Part shown: positions 55,228 through 64,000 of the stretch, in pieces | Layout: each line of letters begins with the position of its first letter | How positions within the stretch are numbered: position 1 is the stretch's first letter | IMG/VR virus record: IMGVR_UViG_2974528200_000001 | Coordinates: 1-64,000 of that record | Length of the DNA: 64,000 bases | DNA from: a virus | Lineage: Duplodnaviria > Caudoviricetes | Direction: 5' to 3' (one strand) | The notes under the pieces: model-generated | What the model was told of the DNA's origin: nothing | Database searches by the model: none | The model's input: the letters and a program-made list of their open reading frames with translations, nothing else | Made by a program: the position numbers and the translations under genes

Positions 55228-56364
55228 ATGACAGATCCGACACAGACAGCAGCAACAAAAATCGGCGCGCGCATCAAAGCACTCCGCGAGTCGCACAACC
55301 TGACCCAGGAACAGGTCGCGGTGCAGCTGGGCTGGAAGCGCCAGAAGTGGGGGAGCATAGAGTCGGGTAACACCGACGGCCACTACGGAGCATCCCGGCA
55401 CGCCGCCTACCGTGAGATCGCCGACCTGTTCGGTGTCGACCCGTTCTTCCTGCGTGAGAAGCCGAACCAGCCGTTGACGTCGACCAAGGCCATGCCGATC
55501 ACCATCCTCAAGCGCCTCACCGCCCTGCAGGACGCCGGCTGGACCTTCGAGCGCATCTCTGAGGCCACCGAGATTTCCATGTTCGACCTCAAGGCGCTGC
55601 ACATGCGTGCTCTGTCCGACGATCCGTGGCGACCATCCATCTCGGTCGACATCACCAACGCACTCTTCGAGAACACCCCCGACGTCTCCATCCATGAGGA
55701 CATGGAGTTCGTTACCGCGCTCCCGATCCACCACCACATGGAAGAGCTCGGCGAAGTCGGATACGGCGGTGTGGAGCAGTACAACTCGGCATCCACCGAC
55801 CGCGACGGACTGATCGTGATGCTGACATCAGGAGGCAAGGACGTCCTGCGCCGGCTGGGAACCTACAAGTTCGCCGCGACCCACCTCGTGCGCCAGTCAC
55901 TGGCCACCGACGTCATGGCCCTGCCATCCAACGTCAACGCACGCATTCCGAGCGCTGTGGGGGCCACCAGGCGGCTGCAGGCGCTCGTCGCATGGGGATA
56001 TGACCCAGACGGGCTGCAGAAGCTCCTGGGATTCAGTGACATGCAAATGCACCGCACGCTCTACGGCACCAGCGTCGATGCACCCCTCGAGCGCGAGGCG
56101 GGCATCCGACTCGTCAAGGAGTTCAGCCGACTCGAGCACATCCGCGGCAAGGACGACGACGCCGCCGAGATTGCCGCCGAGATGGGGTGGGCTCTACCGT
56201 TCCAATGGGACGAATACACCATTGACAAAATGGGCAGCAAGAAATGGAATCGGCGCAAAGACCGAACCGATAAAGCGCCCTACGAAGGATTCCCGGAAAA
56301 GCGACTCGAAAACCTTCGGAAAGAATTCGAAGAACTCATTATCGACCTCGGGAAGGCGGCATAA
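55228..56364 (+). CDS. XRE-family HTH DNA-binding protein (multi-domain)
   Basis: IGARIKALRESHNLTQEQVA..LG......IESG; later RRLQALVAWG motif. Confidence 0.8.
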   Translation: MTDPTQTAATKIGARIKALRESHNLTQEQVAVQLGWKRQKWGSIESGNTDGHYGASRHAAYREIADLFGVDPFFLREKPNQPLTSTKAMPITILKRLTALQDAGWTFERISEATEISMFDLKALHMRALSDDPWRPSISVDITNALFENTPDVSIHEDMEFVTALPIHHHMEELGEVGYGGVEQYNSASTDRDGLIVMLTSGGKDVLRRLGTYKFAATHLVRQSLATDVMALPSNVNARIPSAVGATRRLQALVAWGYDPDGLQKLLGFSDMQMHRTLYGTSVDAPLEREAGIRLVKEFSRLEHIRGKDDDAAEIAAEMGWALPFQWDEYTIDKMGSKKWNRRKDRTDKAPYEGFPEKRLENLRKEFEELIIDLGKAA

Positions 56365-56367
56365 AGA

Positions 56368-57345
56368 ATGGCACGCGACCACGCCAGAATCAGCATCGAC
56401 ATCGCCGACGATGATGAACTGGAAGACCTCTCCACTGACGCCCAGTGGCTCTACTTCCGGGTGCTGCTCCCGGACCCATCGCTGAACCACTGCGGCGTCG
56501 CAGACTGGCGACCACGCCGGCTCGCGGTCAAGAGTCGGGACATGACACCCGAGCGTCTGGTGGCCGCAGCAGCCGAGCTGGAGGCGTCACGGTTCGCGAT
56601 CTTCGACGAGGAGACTGAGGAGGTTCTCGTTCGATCGTTCATCCGCAACGACCATGTTCTGCGTAATCCGAAGGTCGCCGTGGCGCTCCTGAAGGCCTAC
56701 CGGATGGTCGCTTCGAAGCATCTCAAGTCGCTGATCCTGGCCGAGGTGGCACGCGAGTACGAGGAGCATCCGGAGTACTCATCGTGGACTTCGACCCTTT
56801 GCGGCGATGACCTGCAGAAACTCCTGGAACGGTACGAATCGGATACCCAATCCGATTACCAATCCGATACCCAATCCGATTACCAATCCGATGCAAAATC
56901 AACCCCCCTAACCCCTAAGCCCCTTACCCCTAAGCCCCTAGCCCCTAAGCCCCTAGCCCCTAGCCCCACGAGCGCAGGCAAGCCTGCGTCCTCGTCGCGA
57001 AGCTCCTCGGTGACTGCGGCGACGGCCAAGGAGTTCGAGGAGTTCTGGACGTTGTACCCGCGGAAGATCGGTCGCAAGAAGGCGCTCGAGAAGTTCGCCG
57101 TGGCACGACGCAACGTGGACCTCGACGTGCTACTGTCTAGTGTCGAACGCTACGTTGGACACCTCCGGGCCACCCGGACCGAGGAGCGGTTCATCAAGCA
57201 CCCGGCCACCTGGCTCAACCAGGGCTGCTGGGACGACGTCTACGAGACCTCGCCGGTAATCAAGGCAGCAACCGGACAGGACTTGCTGAAGAACCGAATC
57301 ATTCAACGTCATTCCGAAGGGAGGCCCGCAATTGCAGCAAAGTAA
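56368..57345 (+). CDS. RepA-like replication initiator
   Basis: MARDHARI...AQWLY N-terminus; FEEFW..YPRK.G.K.A, HPATWLN C-terminus; internal iterons. Confidence 0.82.
   Translation: MARDHARISIDIADDDELEDLSTDAQWLYFRVLLPDPSLNHCGVADWRPRRLAVKSRDMTPERLVAAAAELEASRFAIFDEETEEVLVRSFIRNDHVLRNPKVAVALLKAYRMVASKHLKSLILAEVAREYEEHPEYSSWTSTLCGDDLQKLLERYESDTQSDYQSDTQSDYQSDAKSTPLTPKPLTPKPLAPKPLAPSPTSAGKPASSSRSSSVTAATAKEFEEFWTLYPRKIGRKKALEKFAVARRNVDLDVLLSSVERYVGHLRATRTEERFIKHPATWLNQGCWDDVYETSPVIKAATGQDLLKNRIIQRHSEGRPAIAAK
56837..56967. repeat. Iteron-like repeats, putative replication origin
   Basis: 12-bp ccaatccgat(ta/ac) x4-5, then a cccct(a/t)(a/g) array. Confidence 0.7.
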
Positions 57346-57871
57346 AGACCCAGTCGAAATCGCCGAAGCGGTTTTGTGGAAAGCATCGGTTCTCGACGCC
57401 AAAATGAAATTGCCCGACGACCCCCAGCAATTGGATTTCAAAATCCAGGCATGGGCATCGGTATTCGAGGCTGACGGCGACATCTGGCTCCACGAAGCGA
57501 TCCGGGCGGTCGACGACCACTACCGCAAGAGCAGCTACGCGCTGATGCCGAAGAACATCGTGGACTACGTCCACGCTCTGCCGAAGGACTCCTCCCGCGA
57601 GCGGCTGCAGGACTGGATCATCGGCCAGGGTCGCCACCCCTACGCCCAGAACGTCCAGACCATGGCCGGCGTCACCTTCGACCAGACCGGCGACCCCGAG
57701 GAGGCGCGCGCCCAGTACCAGCGATGGCTGCGCGAGAACCTCGAGGAGCTCACGGATCTGATCATGGGCAAGTACACCGCGGGCGTGGCCAAGATCCAGG
57801 GCCAGCCGGTGCGTAACTCGATGATCGACCCCTACGGACTTGCCGACGTCCTCCCGGCGGTGGAGTCATGA
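57332..57871 (+). CDS. Hypothetical protein (possible helicase loader/inhibitor)
   Basis: Follows RepA-like gene; AW...AV..HY pattern. Confidence 0.55.
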   Translation: MQQSKDPVEIAEAVLWKASVLDAKMKLPDDPQQLDFKIQAWASVFEADGDIWLHEAIRAVDDHYRKSSYALMPKNIVDYVHALPKDSSRERLQDWIIGQGRHPYAQNVQTMAGVTFDQTGDPEEARAQYQRWLRENLEELTDLIMGKYTAGVAKIQGQPVRNSMIDPYGLADVLPAVES

Positions 57872-58182
57872 GCTTCCCCTGGGATTCACCCGGCCTGCCG
57901 GCGGGGGAGCGGTGCCGGTGGCACAAGGGCCTCTGCGCCTACCACGAGGCCGACCCGGCCCACTGCACCTACTGCCACACCACAGCCGGAAGATGCGGTT
58001 GCCGTACCTCGGACACCACCCTGCCCCTGAACATCGCTCTGTCGGCAATTGAGGCGGCAAAAACCGGCAAGCCTGCGAAGGTCCTGCAAGAAGAATTCGG
58101 CCTTTCGCACAGTGTGGCCGTGTCACTCGTCCGCCGAGCAGTCGGCGGCAAGAAGTCAGAACGCAACGAAGAGGAGAACTGA
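57868..58182 (+). CDS. Cys/His-rich hypothetical protein
   Basis: Coupled ORF. Confidence 0.6.
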   Translation: MSFPWDSPGLPAGERCRWHKGLCAYHEADPAHCTYCHTTAGRCGCRTSDTTLPLNIALSAIEAAKTGKPAKVLQEEFGLSHSVAVSLVRRAVGGKKSERNEEEN

Positions 58183-58183
58183 A

Positions 58184-58522
58184 ATGGAATTCAACGACTA
58201 CCAGAACGCCACCGCGGCGACCGCGATCTACCCAGGCGCGGGCGAGGGCACGCTGGCCGCTCTCGCCTACGTCGGACTCGGCCTCGGTGAGAGCGGCGAG
58301 ATCCAGGGCAAGCTCAAGAAGATCATCCGTGACGACGCCGGCCAGATCACCGACGAGAAGCGGGATGCGATCAAGAAAGAGATGGGCGACACGCTGTGGT
58401 ACCTCGCGCGCCTCGCCGCCGAACTCGACCTCTCGCTCAACGACGTCGCCGATGCCAACCTCGACAAGCTGCTCGACCGCAAGGATCGGGGTGTGCTGCA
58501 GGGGAGCGGTGACGAGCGATGA
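58184..58522 (+). CDS. MazG-like nucleotide pyrophosphohydrolase
   Basis: YQ..T..TAIYP; LGL.E.GE...K.KK..RD; EMGD.LWY; N..KL..R. Confidence 0.9.
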   Translation: MEFNDYQNATAATAIYPGAGEGTLAALAYVGLGLGESGEIQGKLKKIIRDDAGQITDEKRDAIKKEMGDTLWYLARLAAELDLSLNDVADANLDKLLDRKDRGVLQGSGDER

Positions 58523-58839
58523 ACACCGAAACCACTGCCGCCCTGGACAGAATCGAGGACTGCCGGATTGATGTACGCCGCGCCAAGACGGGCCTGAGCA
58601 TCACCGGCACCCTCCTCGTGGCGTTCGTCGCACTGAACGTGTGGGGCTTCTATCACGACCTCACCGCCGACTACTCGACCCGGAATGACTACAACCAGCT
58701 GGTCGTGACCGCCCTGATTTTCGGCCTGGTGTCGTTGATCGCGACCGGCATATGCACGGCCTGGGTGTGCGGCTCCCGAGATGACTTGCGCATGGCTGAG
58801 CGGGCATACCGCGACGTTCTGGCCAAGGAGGCAGCGTGA
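58519..58839 (+). CDS. Two-TM membrane protein (paralog 1)
   Basis: Two hydrophobic segments. Confidence 0.7.
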   Translation: MNTETTAALDRIEDCRIDVRRAKTGLSITGTLLVAFVALNVWGFYHDLTADYSTRNDYNQLVVTALIFGLVSLIATGICTAWVCGSRDDLRMAERAYRDVLAKEAA

Positions 58840-59264
58840 ACAAGGATGTCATTGCTGCGCTTGACCTGATCGAAGACATTGAGGTCTATATGGGCCGCAT
58901 GAAGACGACCGTCAAGGCGTCAACCATCGCGACCGTTGTGAGCACCCTGATCCTCATGGCAGGGGCCGCGGTCTGGTTCACCGACGCCGGCGCGGGGGTC
59001 GAGAGCGGCAGATGGCTGCTGTTCGTGGTCCCCGGCGGCATCGGCGCAGTGGTCTCGCTGGGAGTCCTCGTCGGGGCTGTGACACGCCGCGTCCAGCTCT
59101 CCGACGACCTGCGCGGTGCCTACCGCAAGCATCGCGACGCCATCGACGACATCCCGGACCCGAACGAACGCAAGAAGGCAGAGCGGCACTTCTCGTACAG
59201 CTACGTGTGCAGCGTCTGCCGCAATCAAGTCCACGACCCGATCGCGAAAGCAGCAGGTTTCTGA
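58836..59264 (+). CDS. Two-TM membrane protein (paralog 2)
   Basis: Two hydrophobic segments; shares AALD.IED and DDLR.A motifs. Confidence 0.7.
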   Translation: MNKDVIAALDLIEDIEVYMGRMKTTVKASTIATVVSTLILMAGAAVWFTDAGAGVESGRWLLFVVPGGIGAVVSLGVLVGAVTRRVQLSDDLRGAYRKHRDAIDDIPDPNERKKAERHFSYSYVCSVCRNQVHDPIAKAAGF

Positions 59265-59265
59265 C

Positions 59266-59589
59266 ATGACCGACTACACGATGCCCGACCCACCCAACGG
59301 CGGCGGGGAGTGGCGCTGGAAGATCTCCAAGTCCCCGGTCGGCGGGTCCACCTTCGGGTTCGCCAACCTCAAGCTGCAGTCCAAGAGCCTCGGCATCTGG
59401 TGGACCGTGGACGGCACCACCGTCATCCTCGACGGCACGCCGGAAGAGAATGCCGAAGAGTGCTGCGACGCAGCCAGATACGTCCTCGAGCGATACACCA
59501 GGCGCAGTCGCACTCTCACCAAGATCGACGTCAACGGTCTCGAGGGTGCAGTCCACGGGCACGGCATCACCGGGAGCAAGCATGACTGA
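59266..59589 (+). CDS. Hypothetical protein
   Basis: ATG at 59266. Confidence 0.6.
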   Translation: MTDYTMPDPPNGGGEWRWKISKSPVGGSTFGFANLKLQSKSLGIWWTVDGTTVILDGTPEENAEECCDAARYVLERYTRRSRTLTKIDVNGLEGAVHGHGITGSKHD

Positions 59590-59902
59590 CGACGACTACC
59601 CGAACGAGCCAGCAGTCACCTACTACGAGCTGCAGTGCCGCGGCGAAGTCGAAGGTGATGACATCAACGAGTTCATCGCGTTCTGGCACACCGAATACCC
59701 CGGCACCCTCGAGCTCCACGAGTACCTGGGGCTCACCGTGGACCAGTACTCGTACTGGGTGGCCCATGATGTTGTCGTCCCTCCCGGTATCGCGGCCTGG
59801 TGGGTTGCCTACCGTGAGGCAACCGAAGAGCGAGCCATGCGTGAAGCTCGCGAAAGCCGTGCGCGCAAGCGTAATTGGTGGCGACGCTTGACACACCGAT
59901 GA
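59582..59902 (+). CDS. Hypothetical protein
   Basis: I..WH......LHEYLG.T..QY..W motif. Confidence 0.65.
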   Translation: MTDDDYPNEPAVTYYELQCRGEVEGDDINEFIAFWHTEYPGTLELHEYLGLTVDQYSYWVAHDVVVPPGIAAWWVAYREATEERAMREARESRARKRNWWRRLTHR

Positions 59903-59917
59903 TTTACTGTCTACTGT
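59888..59917 (+). promoter_or_regulatory. Candidate promoter TTGACA-N18-TACTGT
   Basis: Sequence at 59888-59917, upstream of lipoprotein/NAD genes. Confidence 0.45.
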
Positions 59918-59954
59918 CTAACGCAACACACCAACAACAGATCGGAGCTCAACC

Positions 59955-60353
59955 ATGAACCCATTCAAGAAGGCCGGCATCGCAGCACTCGCCGTCATCG
60001 CCGGCACCACCCTCGTCACCGCGTGTGGCAAGGGGGCGAACGACGCCGACGTCGTCTCCGAGAACATCGCGACCGCCGCGGACAACTTCGAGATCAACCG
60101 GCGCATCGTCGTCATCAACAACGAGAGCGACAAGGTCATCCAGCTCATCGAGGGCTGGTGCAACGCCGAGATCGAGTCCGACGTCATCCGCACCACGTGC
60201 AAGGTCCCCGGCGGCTACCACAAGCACATCAACCTGCGGAACGCCCACACCATGGTCTCCATCCAGCAGCTCGACGCCGCGAACGTGTCGAAGGACCACT
60301 ACCGGGTCACCTTCAACCCCTCGACCATCATCCCGGAGATCAACGTTCGATGA
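59955..60353 (+). CDS. Lipoprotein
   Basis: Signal peptide with LVTAC lipobox. Confidence 0.78.
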   Translation: MNPFKKAGIAALAVIAGTTLVTACGKGANDADVVSENIATAADNFEINRRIVVINNESDKVIQLIEGWCNAEIESDVIRTTCKVPGGYHKHINLRNAHTMVSIQQLDAANVSKDHYRVTFNPSTIIPEINVR

Positions 60354-61192
60354 CCGTCCGGTTGTGGGCGCAAAGCCTGGTCGACATGGAACTTCACCCA
60401 CTCGAGGTGTTCCAGTTCCCTGGTGGTGAGTTCCATATCGACGTCGAGGGCTCCAACCTCGACGAGGATGTAGCCCACCGCTGGATCGCTGAGGTCAAGG
60501 GCGCAGACGCCAACGACCTGGTCGTTGCGAACCTGATGGCCAACATCGCGAAGGAGCGGATGGAGGCGCGCTACCTCCTCATCCCGTACCTGCCGGCTGC
60601 GCGCGCAGACCGGGGGACACCGTTCGGGCTTGGCGTCTACGCCCGCATCATTAACGCCGGTGACTGGAACGGTGTCCTCACGGTCGACGTCCACAACCCG
60701 CTTGCCGCACGTCGCGAGGTAGTCGGCCTGCAGGACCTGGACGTCTCCAGTCTCGTAGCGGAGGCGTCCTGGGACAAGGGCTTCACCGCGGTCATTGCCC
60801 CCGACAAGGGTGCGACCGACCGGGCATTCGCCGTCGCCGACAAGCTGGGTGTCGGCACGATCGTCGCGAACAAGAAGCGCGAGTTCAGCACCGGCAAGAT
60901 CCTCGAGATCACCTGCCCCAAGCTCGATCCCAGTGGCAACTACCTCGTCGTGGATGACATCTGTGACGGTGGCGGGACCTTCAATGGCCTCGCCGCAGCC
61001 ACCGGCCTGGACCCGGACCAGCTGTCGCTGTGGGTTACCCACGGCATCTTCTCCGGTGCCAGTTCCAGCCTCTGGGATCACTACAAGGAGATCCACACCA
61101 CCGACAGCCATCCGGGCACCCTGCAGCTCGGCAAGTGGACCACCAAAGCGCCCCTGTGGCCATGGATGATGAGGAGCATTGACAACCGATGA
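60350..61192 (+). CDS. PRPP-synthetase-like protein (putative ADPR-PP synthetase, Adps)
   Basis: FPGGE, IPYLPAARADR, DVH, APDKGA, VVDDICDGGGTF, VTHGIFS. Confidence 0.88.
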   Translation: MTVRLWAQSLVDMELHPLEVFQFPGGEFHIDVEGSNLDEDVAHRWIAEVKGADANDLVVANLMANIAKERMEARYLLIPYLPAARADRGTPFGLGVYARIINAGDWNGVLTVDVHNPLAARREVVGLQDLDVSSLVAEASWDKGFTAVIAPDKGATDRAFAVADKLGVGTIVANKKREFSTGKILEITCPKLDPSGNYLVVDDICDGGGTFNGLAAATGLDPDQLSLWVTHGIFSGASSSLWDHYKEIHTTDSHPGTLQLGKWTTKAPLWPWMMRSIDNR

Positions 61193-62658
61193 ATCGATTC
61201 GCACCCGTAGCACCGCTGTTTCAGACGGACGCCTATAAGCTGGGGCACCGCGACCAGTATCTGCTCGCCGGCAATACCACCCGTGTCTACTCCAACTTCA
61301 CCAACCGCAAGAGCCGACTCCCCGGCGTTGACAAGGTGGTCCACTTCGGCCTGCAGGCGTTCATCCAGAAGCACCTCGTCGAGGACTTCGAACCGTTCTT
61401 CGCCGCCGACGAAGACCTCGTGTGTGACCTGTACGAGGAGCGTGTCACCCAGATCCTCGGGCCGAACACCATTGGCTCCGACCACATCCGGTCCCTGCAT
61501 CGCAGGGGATACCTGCCGCTGCGGTTCTGTGCGGTCCCGGAAGGCACCCTCGTCCCGATCCGAGTGCCATCGTTCACCGTGGAAAACACGGACCCCGAGT
61601 TCTTCTGGCTGACCAACTACATCGAGACCGCATTGTCGGCTGGTGTGTGGCAGGCGTCCACCTCGGCGACCATCGCGCACGAGTACCGGCTGATCCTCGA
61701 CCAGGCCGCGGAAGCGACCGGCGGTGCGCCGGAGGCTGTCGACTTCCAGTGCCACGACTTCTCCTACCGCGGGATGTCGTCGCAGGAATCGGCACAGTTG
61801 TCGGGTGCCGCCCACCTGCTGTCGTTCAGCGGCACCGACTCGCTGGTCGCGCTGGACTGGATCGATCACTACTACGGCGGCGAGTACGTCGCCGGTTCGG
61901 TGCCGGCCACCGAGCATTCGGTGATGTGTACCGGCATCGAACAGGTCGGTGAGCTCGAGCTGTTCTCGCGACTGCTCGACCTGTACCCGACGGGCATCTT
62001 CTCGGTCGTCTCCGACACCTTTGATCTGTGGAAGGTGCTCACCGAGTACCTTCCGACGCTCAAGGGCAAGATCCTCGGCCGCGACGGAAAGATCGTGATC
62101 CGCCCCGACTCGGGCGACCCGGAGAAGATCATCTGCGGCGACCCGGACGCGGAGTGGGCCACGCCGGCCTGGTACGGCGTGGTGCGCCTACTGGACATGC
62201 ACTTCGGCTCCAAGATGAACGCCGCTGGCTACCTCGACTTGAACCCGCACGTCGGCGTCATCTACGGAGACAGCATCACCCTCGAGCGCGCCAAGACGAT
62301 CACCTCGCGCCTCGCTCAGATGGGTTACGCCTCAACCAACGTCGTGTTCGGCGTTGGCAGCTACACCTACCAGCACAACACGAGGGACACCTTTGGCTCG
62401 GCGATGAAGGCAACCTGGGCCGAGGTCGACGGCAAGGGCGTCAACCTGCTCAAGGACCCGGTCACCGACGACGGCACCAAGAAGTCGGCGACCGGACGCC
62501 TGGCAGTACATCGCGACCACGGCGAACTGACCCTCCTCGAGCAGGCGCGACCCGGCGAGGAAGCAACCAGCCTCCTGCAGCCCGTCTGGGAGAACGGCAG
62601 ATTCCTTCACTGGCAGTCCTTCGACTATGTCCGGAAGACGCTCGTGGATCAGACCTGA
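61189..62658 (+). CDS. Nicotinamide phosphoribosyltransferase-like protein (putative Namat)
   Basis: TDAYK.GH, HDFSYRG, SVPATEHS, VSDT.D, RPDSGD, IYGDSIT, RDTFG.AMK. Confidence 0.92.
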   Translation: MNRFAPVAPLFQTDAYKLGHRDQYLLAGNTTRVYSNFTNRKSRLPGVDKVVHFGLQAFIQKHLVEDFEPFFAADEDLVCDLYEERVTQILGPNTIGSDHIRSLHRRGYLPLRFCAVPEGTLVPIRVPSFTVENTDPEFFWLTNYIETALSAGVWQASTSATIAHEYRLILDQAAEATGGAPEAVDFQCHDFSYRGMSSQESAQLSGAAHLLSFSGTDSLVALDWIDHYYGGEYVAGSVPATEHSVMCTGIEQVGELELFSRLLDLYPTGIFSVVSDTFDLWKVLTEYLPTLKGKILGRDGKIVIRPDSGDPEKIICGDPDAEWATPAWYGVVRLLDMHFGSKMNAAGYLDLNPHVGVIYGDSITLERAKTITSRLAQMGYASTNVVFGVGSYTYQHNTRDTFGSAMKATWAEVDGKGVNLLKDPVTDDGTKKSATGRLAVHRDHGELTLLEQARPGEEATSLLQPVWENGRFLHWQSFDYVRKTLVDQT

Positions 62659-62993
62659 TGAACGTCATCTGTGACGGAATGCCCAAGGCCCGCAAAGAAC
62701 ATGAGTGCGGGTTCTGTGGCCGCGTCATCCGCAAGGGTGAGCACTACCGCCGACAGTTCAACAAGGAAACCACCGAGGTGTGGACCTGGAAGAACTGCGC
62801 ACACTGCGACGTCGCCGCGTCCCTCATCGACCTGTATGACTACGGGCTCGATGAGGGCATGGCGTCGCGCGACAGCTTCACTGAGTTCGAACCCGAGAGC
62901 GTCGGCGAGGAATACCTCCTCGAGTGTTTCCGGGCCCAGTGGACCTACCCGAGTGGACGGCTCATGCCGATCCCTACATACCCGGAGGAGTGA
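62658..62993 (+). CDS. Zinc-ribbon hypothetical protein
   Basis: KARKEHEC..C...I.KGE.Y...C..C. Confidence 0.7.
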   Translation: MNVICDGMPKARKEHECGFCGRVIRKGEHYRRQFNKETTEVWTWKNCAHCDVAASLIDLYDYGLDEGMASRDSFTEFEPESVGEEYLLECFRAQWTYPSGRLMPIPTYPEE

Positions 62994-62995
62994 AC

Positions 62996-63193
62996 GTGGA
63001 ACCGCATGTTGAGGCGATGGGCGAAGTCGCCGCCGAGATGCTCGAGAAGGTCGTGGACTACGTGTTCACCGAGGTCTGCGAGGCCGCGGGGATCGCCTAC
63101 GACAAGAACAACCCGAAGATGCTCGACGAGCTGGTGGAGAAGATCGAAGACCTTCGCGAGAAGGCATGGAGACTGGAGGAACTGGAACGATGA
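62996..63193 (+). CDS. Hypothetical protein
   Basis: GTG after GGAGGAG. Confidence 0.6.
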   Translation: MEPHVEAMGEVAAEMLEKVVDYVFTEVCEAAGIAYDKNNPKMLDELVEKIEDLREKAWRLEELER

Positions 63194-63556
63194 CCGAACG
63201 TGGACAGAAACTGATCAGCGAGATCCGTGCTCTCGCAGCCGAATACCCCGAAGCGTGAGGCGAAGTGTGTATACTTCGAGGACCCCAGTGACTTGACCCA
63301 GCCCTGCTGCATCGTCGGCCACGCGGCACGCAACCTCGAACTCACCAACCTCCTCGTCACCGACGGCGACCCCGACGGCCCTAATGCCGACGATTGGAGC
63401 GCGTGGAACAGGCGAGAGTTCGTCGAGCTCCCCCTCTCCAAGGATCTGACCCGAGACGAGAAGATGTGGATCAACACTGTCCAGAAGTACCAGGACCGCA
63501 AACACCCCTGGTGGGCCGCGGTCGAGGCAGCAGACGACCTGGTCGGGGAGATGTGA
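63190..63556 (+). pseudogene. Apparently frameshifted gene (+1 near CCCC, 63246-63249)
   Basis: Coupled ATG gives a 22-aa peptide; coding continues in the +1 frame (CVYF...PCCIVGHA). Confidence 0.5.
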
Positions 63557-63669
63557 ACTGGCCAAAGAATGACTGGTGGAACAACCCGGCACCCGGCTGG
63601 GAGACCGTGGCCGAGGATTTGATCTTCGGAACAGAGGAAGAGGAGGACAGTGAACCAGACAGCCTATGA
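63553..63669 (+). CDS. Small hypothetical protein
   Basis: Coupled GTG; 38 aa. Confidence 0.4.
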   Translation: MNWPKNDWWNNPAPGWETVAEDLIFGTEEEEDSEPDSL

Positions 63670-64000
63670 CCGCGTCATCGACGCGTTCCGGCAGTACGGC
63701 TGCATCGTCGAGGAGAAGTCGCACGGTGTCGCCAGCGTTCAGGCCCCCGGTCACTCGGGTGCCGACCGATCGGTCTCGGTCACACAGATCGAGGGCCAGG
63801 CTCTGGTTCACTGCTTCTCCGACGACACCAACGACGTTCTCGAACAGGTCGGTCTCACCCTGACTGATCTGTTCGACGAGCCGAAGAAGGGTGTTGACTA
63901 TAAGTACGAAGACGGGCGTGTTGTCCACCGCAGCCCGGACAAGAAGTTCCACCAGCAAGGAAACACCAAGGGCTCCAAGCTCTACCGCGCGTCCAAGCTC
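63650..64000 (+). CDS. DNA primase(-helicase)-like protein, N-terminal part, truncated by window end
   Basis: GTG after GAGGAGG; Q.PGH...RS.SV.......LVHCF....L.DLF pattern. Confidence 0.6.
   Translation, partial: MNQTAYDRVIDAFRQYGCIVEEKSHGVASVQAPGHSGADRSVSVTQIEGQALVHCFSDDTNDVLEQVGLTLTDLFDEPKKGVDYKYEDGRVVHRSPDKKFHQQGNTKGSKLYRASKL

Overview
The window is the left ~64 kb of a high-GC temperate siphovirus of Actinomycetota (Gordonia/Mycobacteriales-type gene content; host is inferred). In order: short leftward genes; HNH; a pol-beta-like nucleotidyltransferase with two paralogous small genes; a tRNA cluster (Trp, Phe, Ser, Asn, plus two tRNA-like elements); terminase, portal, capsid and tail genes with a ~2,840-aa tape measure; a lysis cassette embedded among minor tail genes; Lsr2; both ExoVII subunits; phosphoesterase and RtcB; tRNA-Lys/attP/tyrosine integrase; repressor; RecE/RecT-like pair; ThyX; RepA-like initiator with iterons; MazG; a PRPP-synthetase-like + NAMPT-like pair (NARP1-type NAD+ reconstitution); and the start of a primase-like gene. 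The most unusual signals are outside the ORF track. (1) A self-contained ~260-nt minus-strand transcription unit (promoter, terminator) holds tandem SD-led micro-ORFs MKAREPPA, MQARDPPSR and MTPAPPEKT, all with CCA-CCA proline pairs. (2) Two tandem copies of a covarying multi-branched RNA-like element with three conserved blocks follow a strong promoter at 51.0-51.45 kb. (3) A 31-nt motif precedes three early genes. (4) The attP 7-bp overlap equals a tRNA-Lys(UUU) anticodon loop, next to a complete phage tRNA-Lys(UUU). (5) A dispersed TCTA-N9-TAGA operator-like palindrome. All calls come from manual motif reading; no searches were run.
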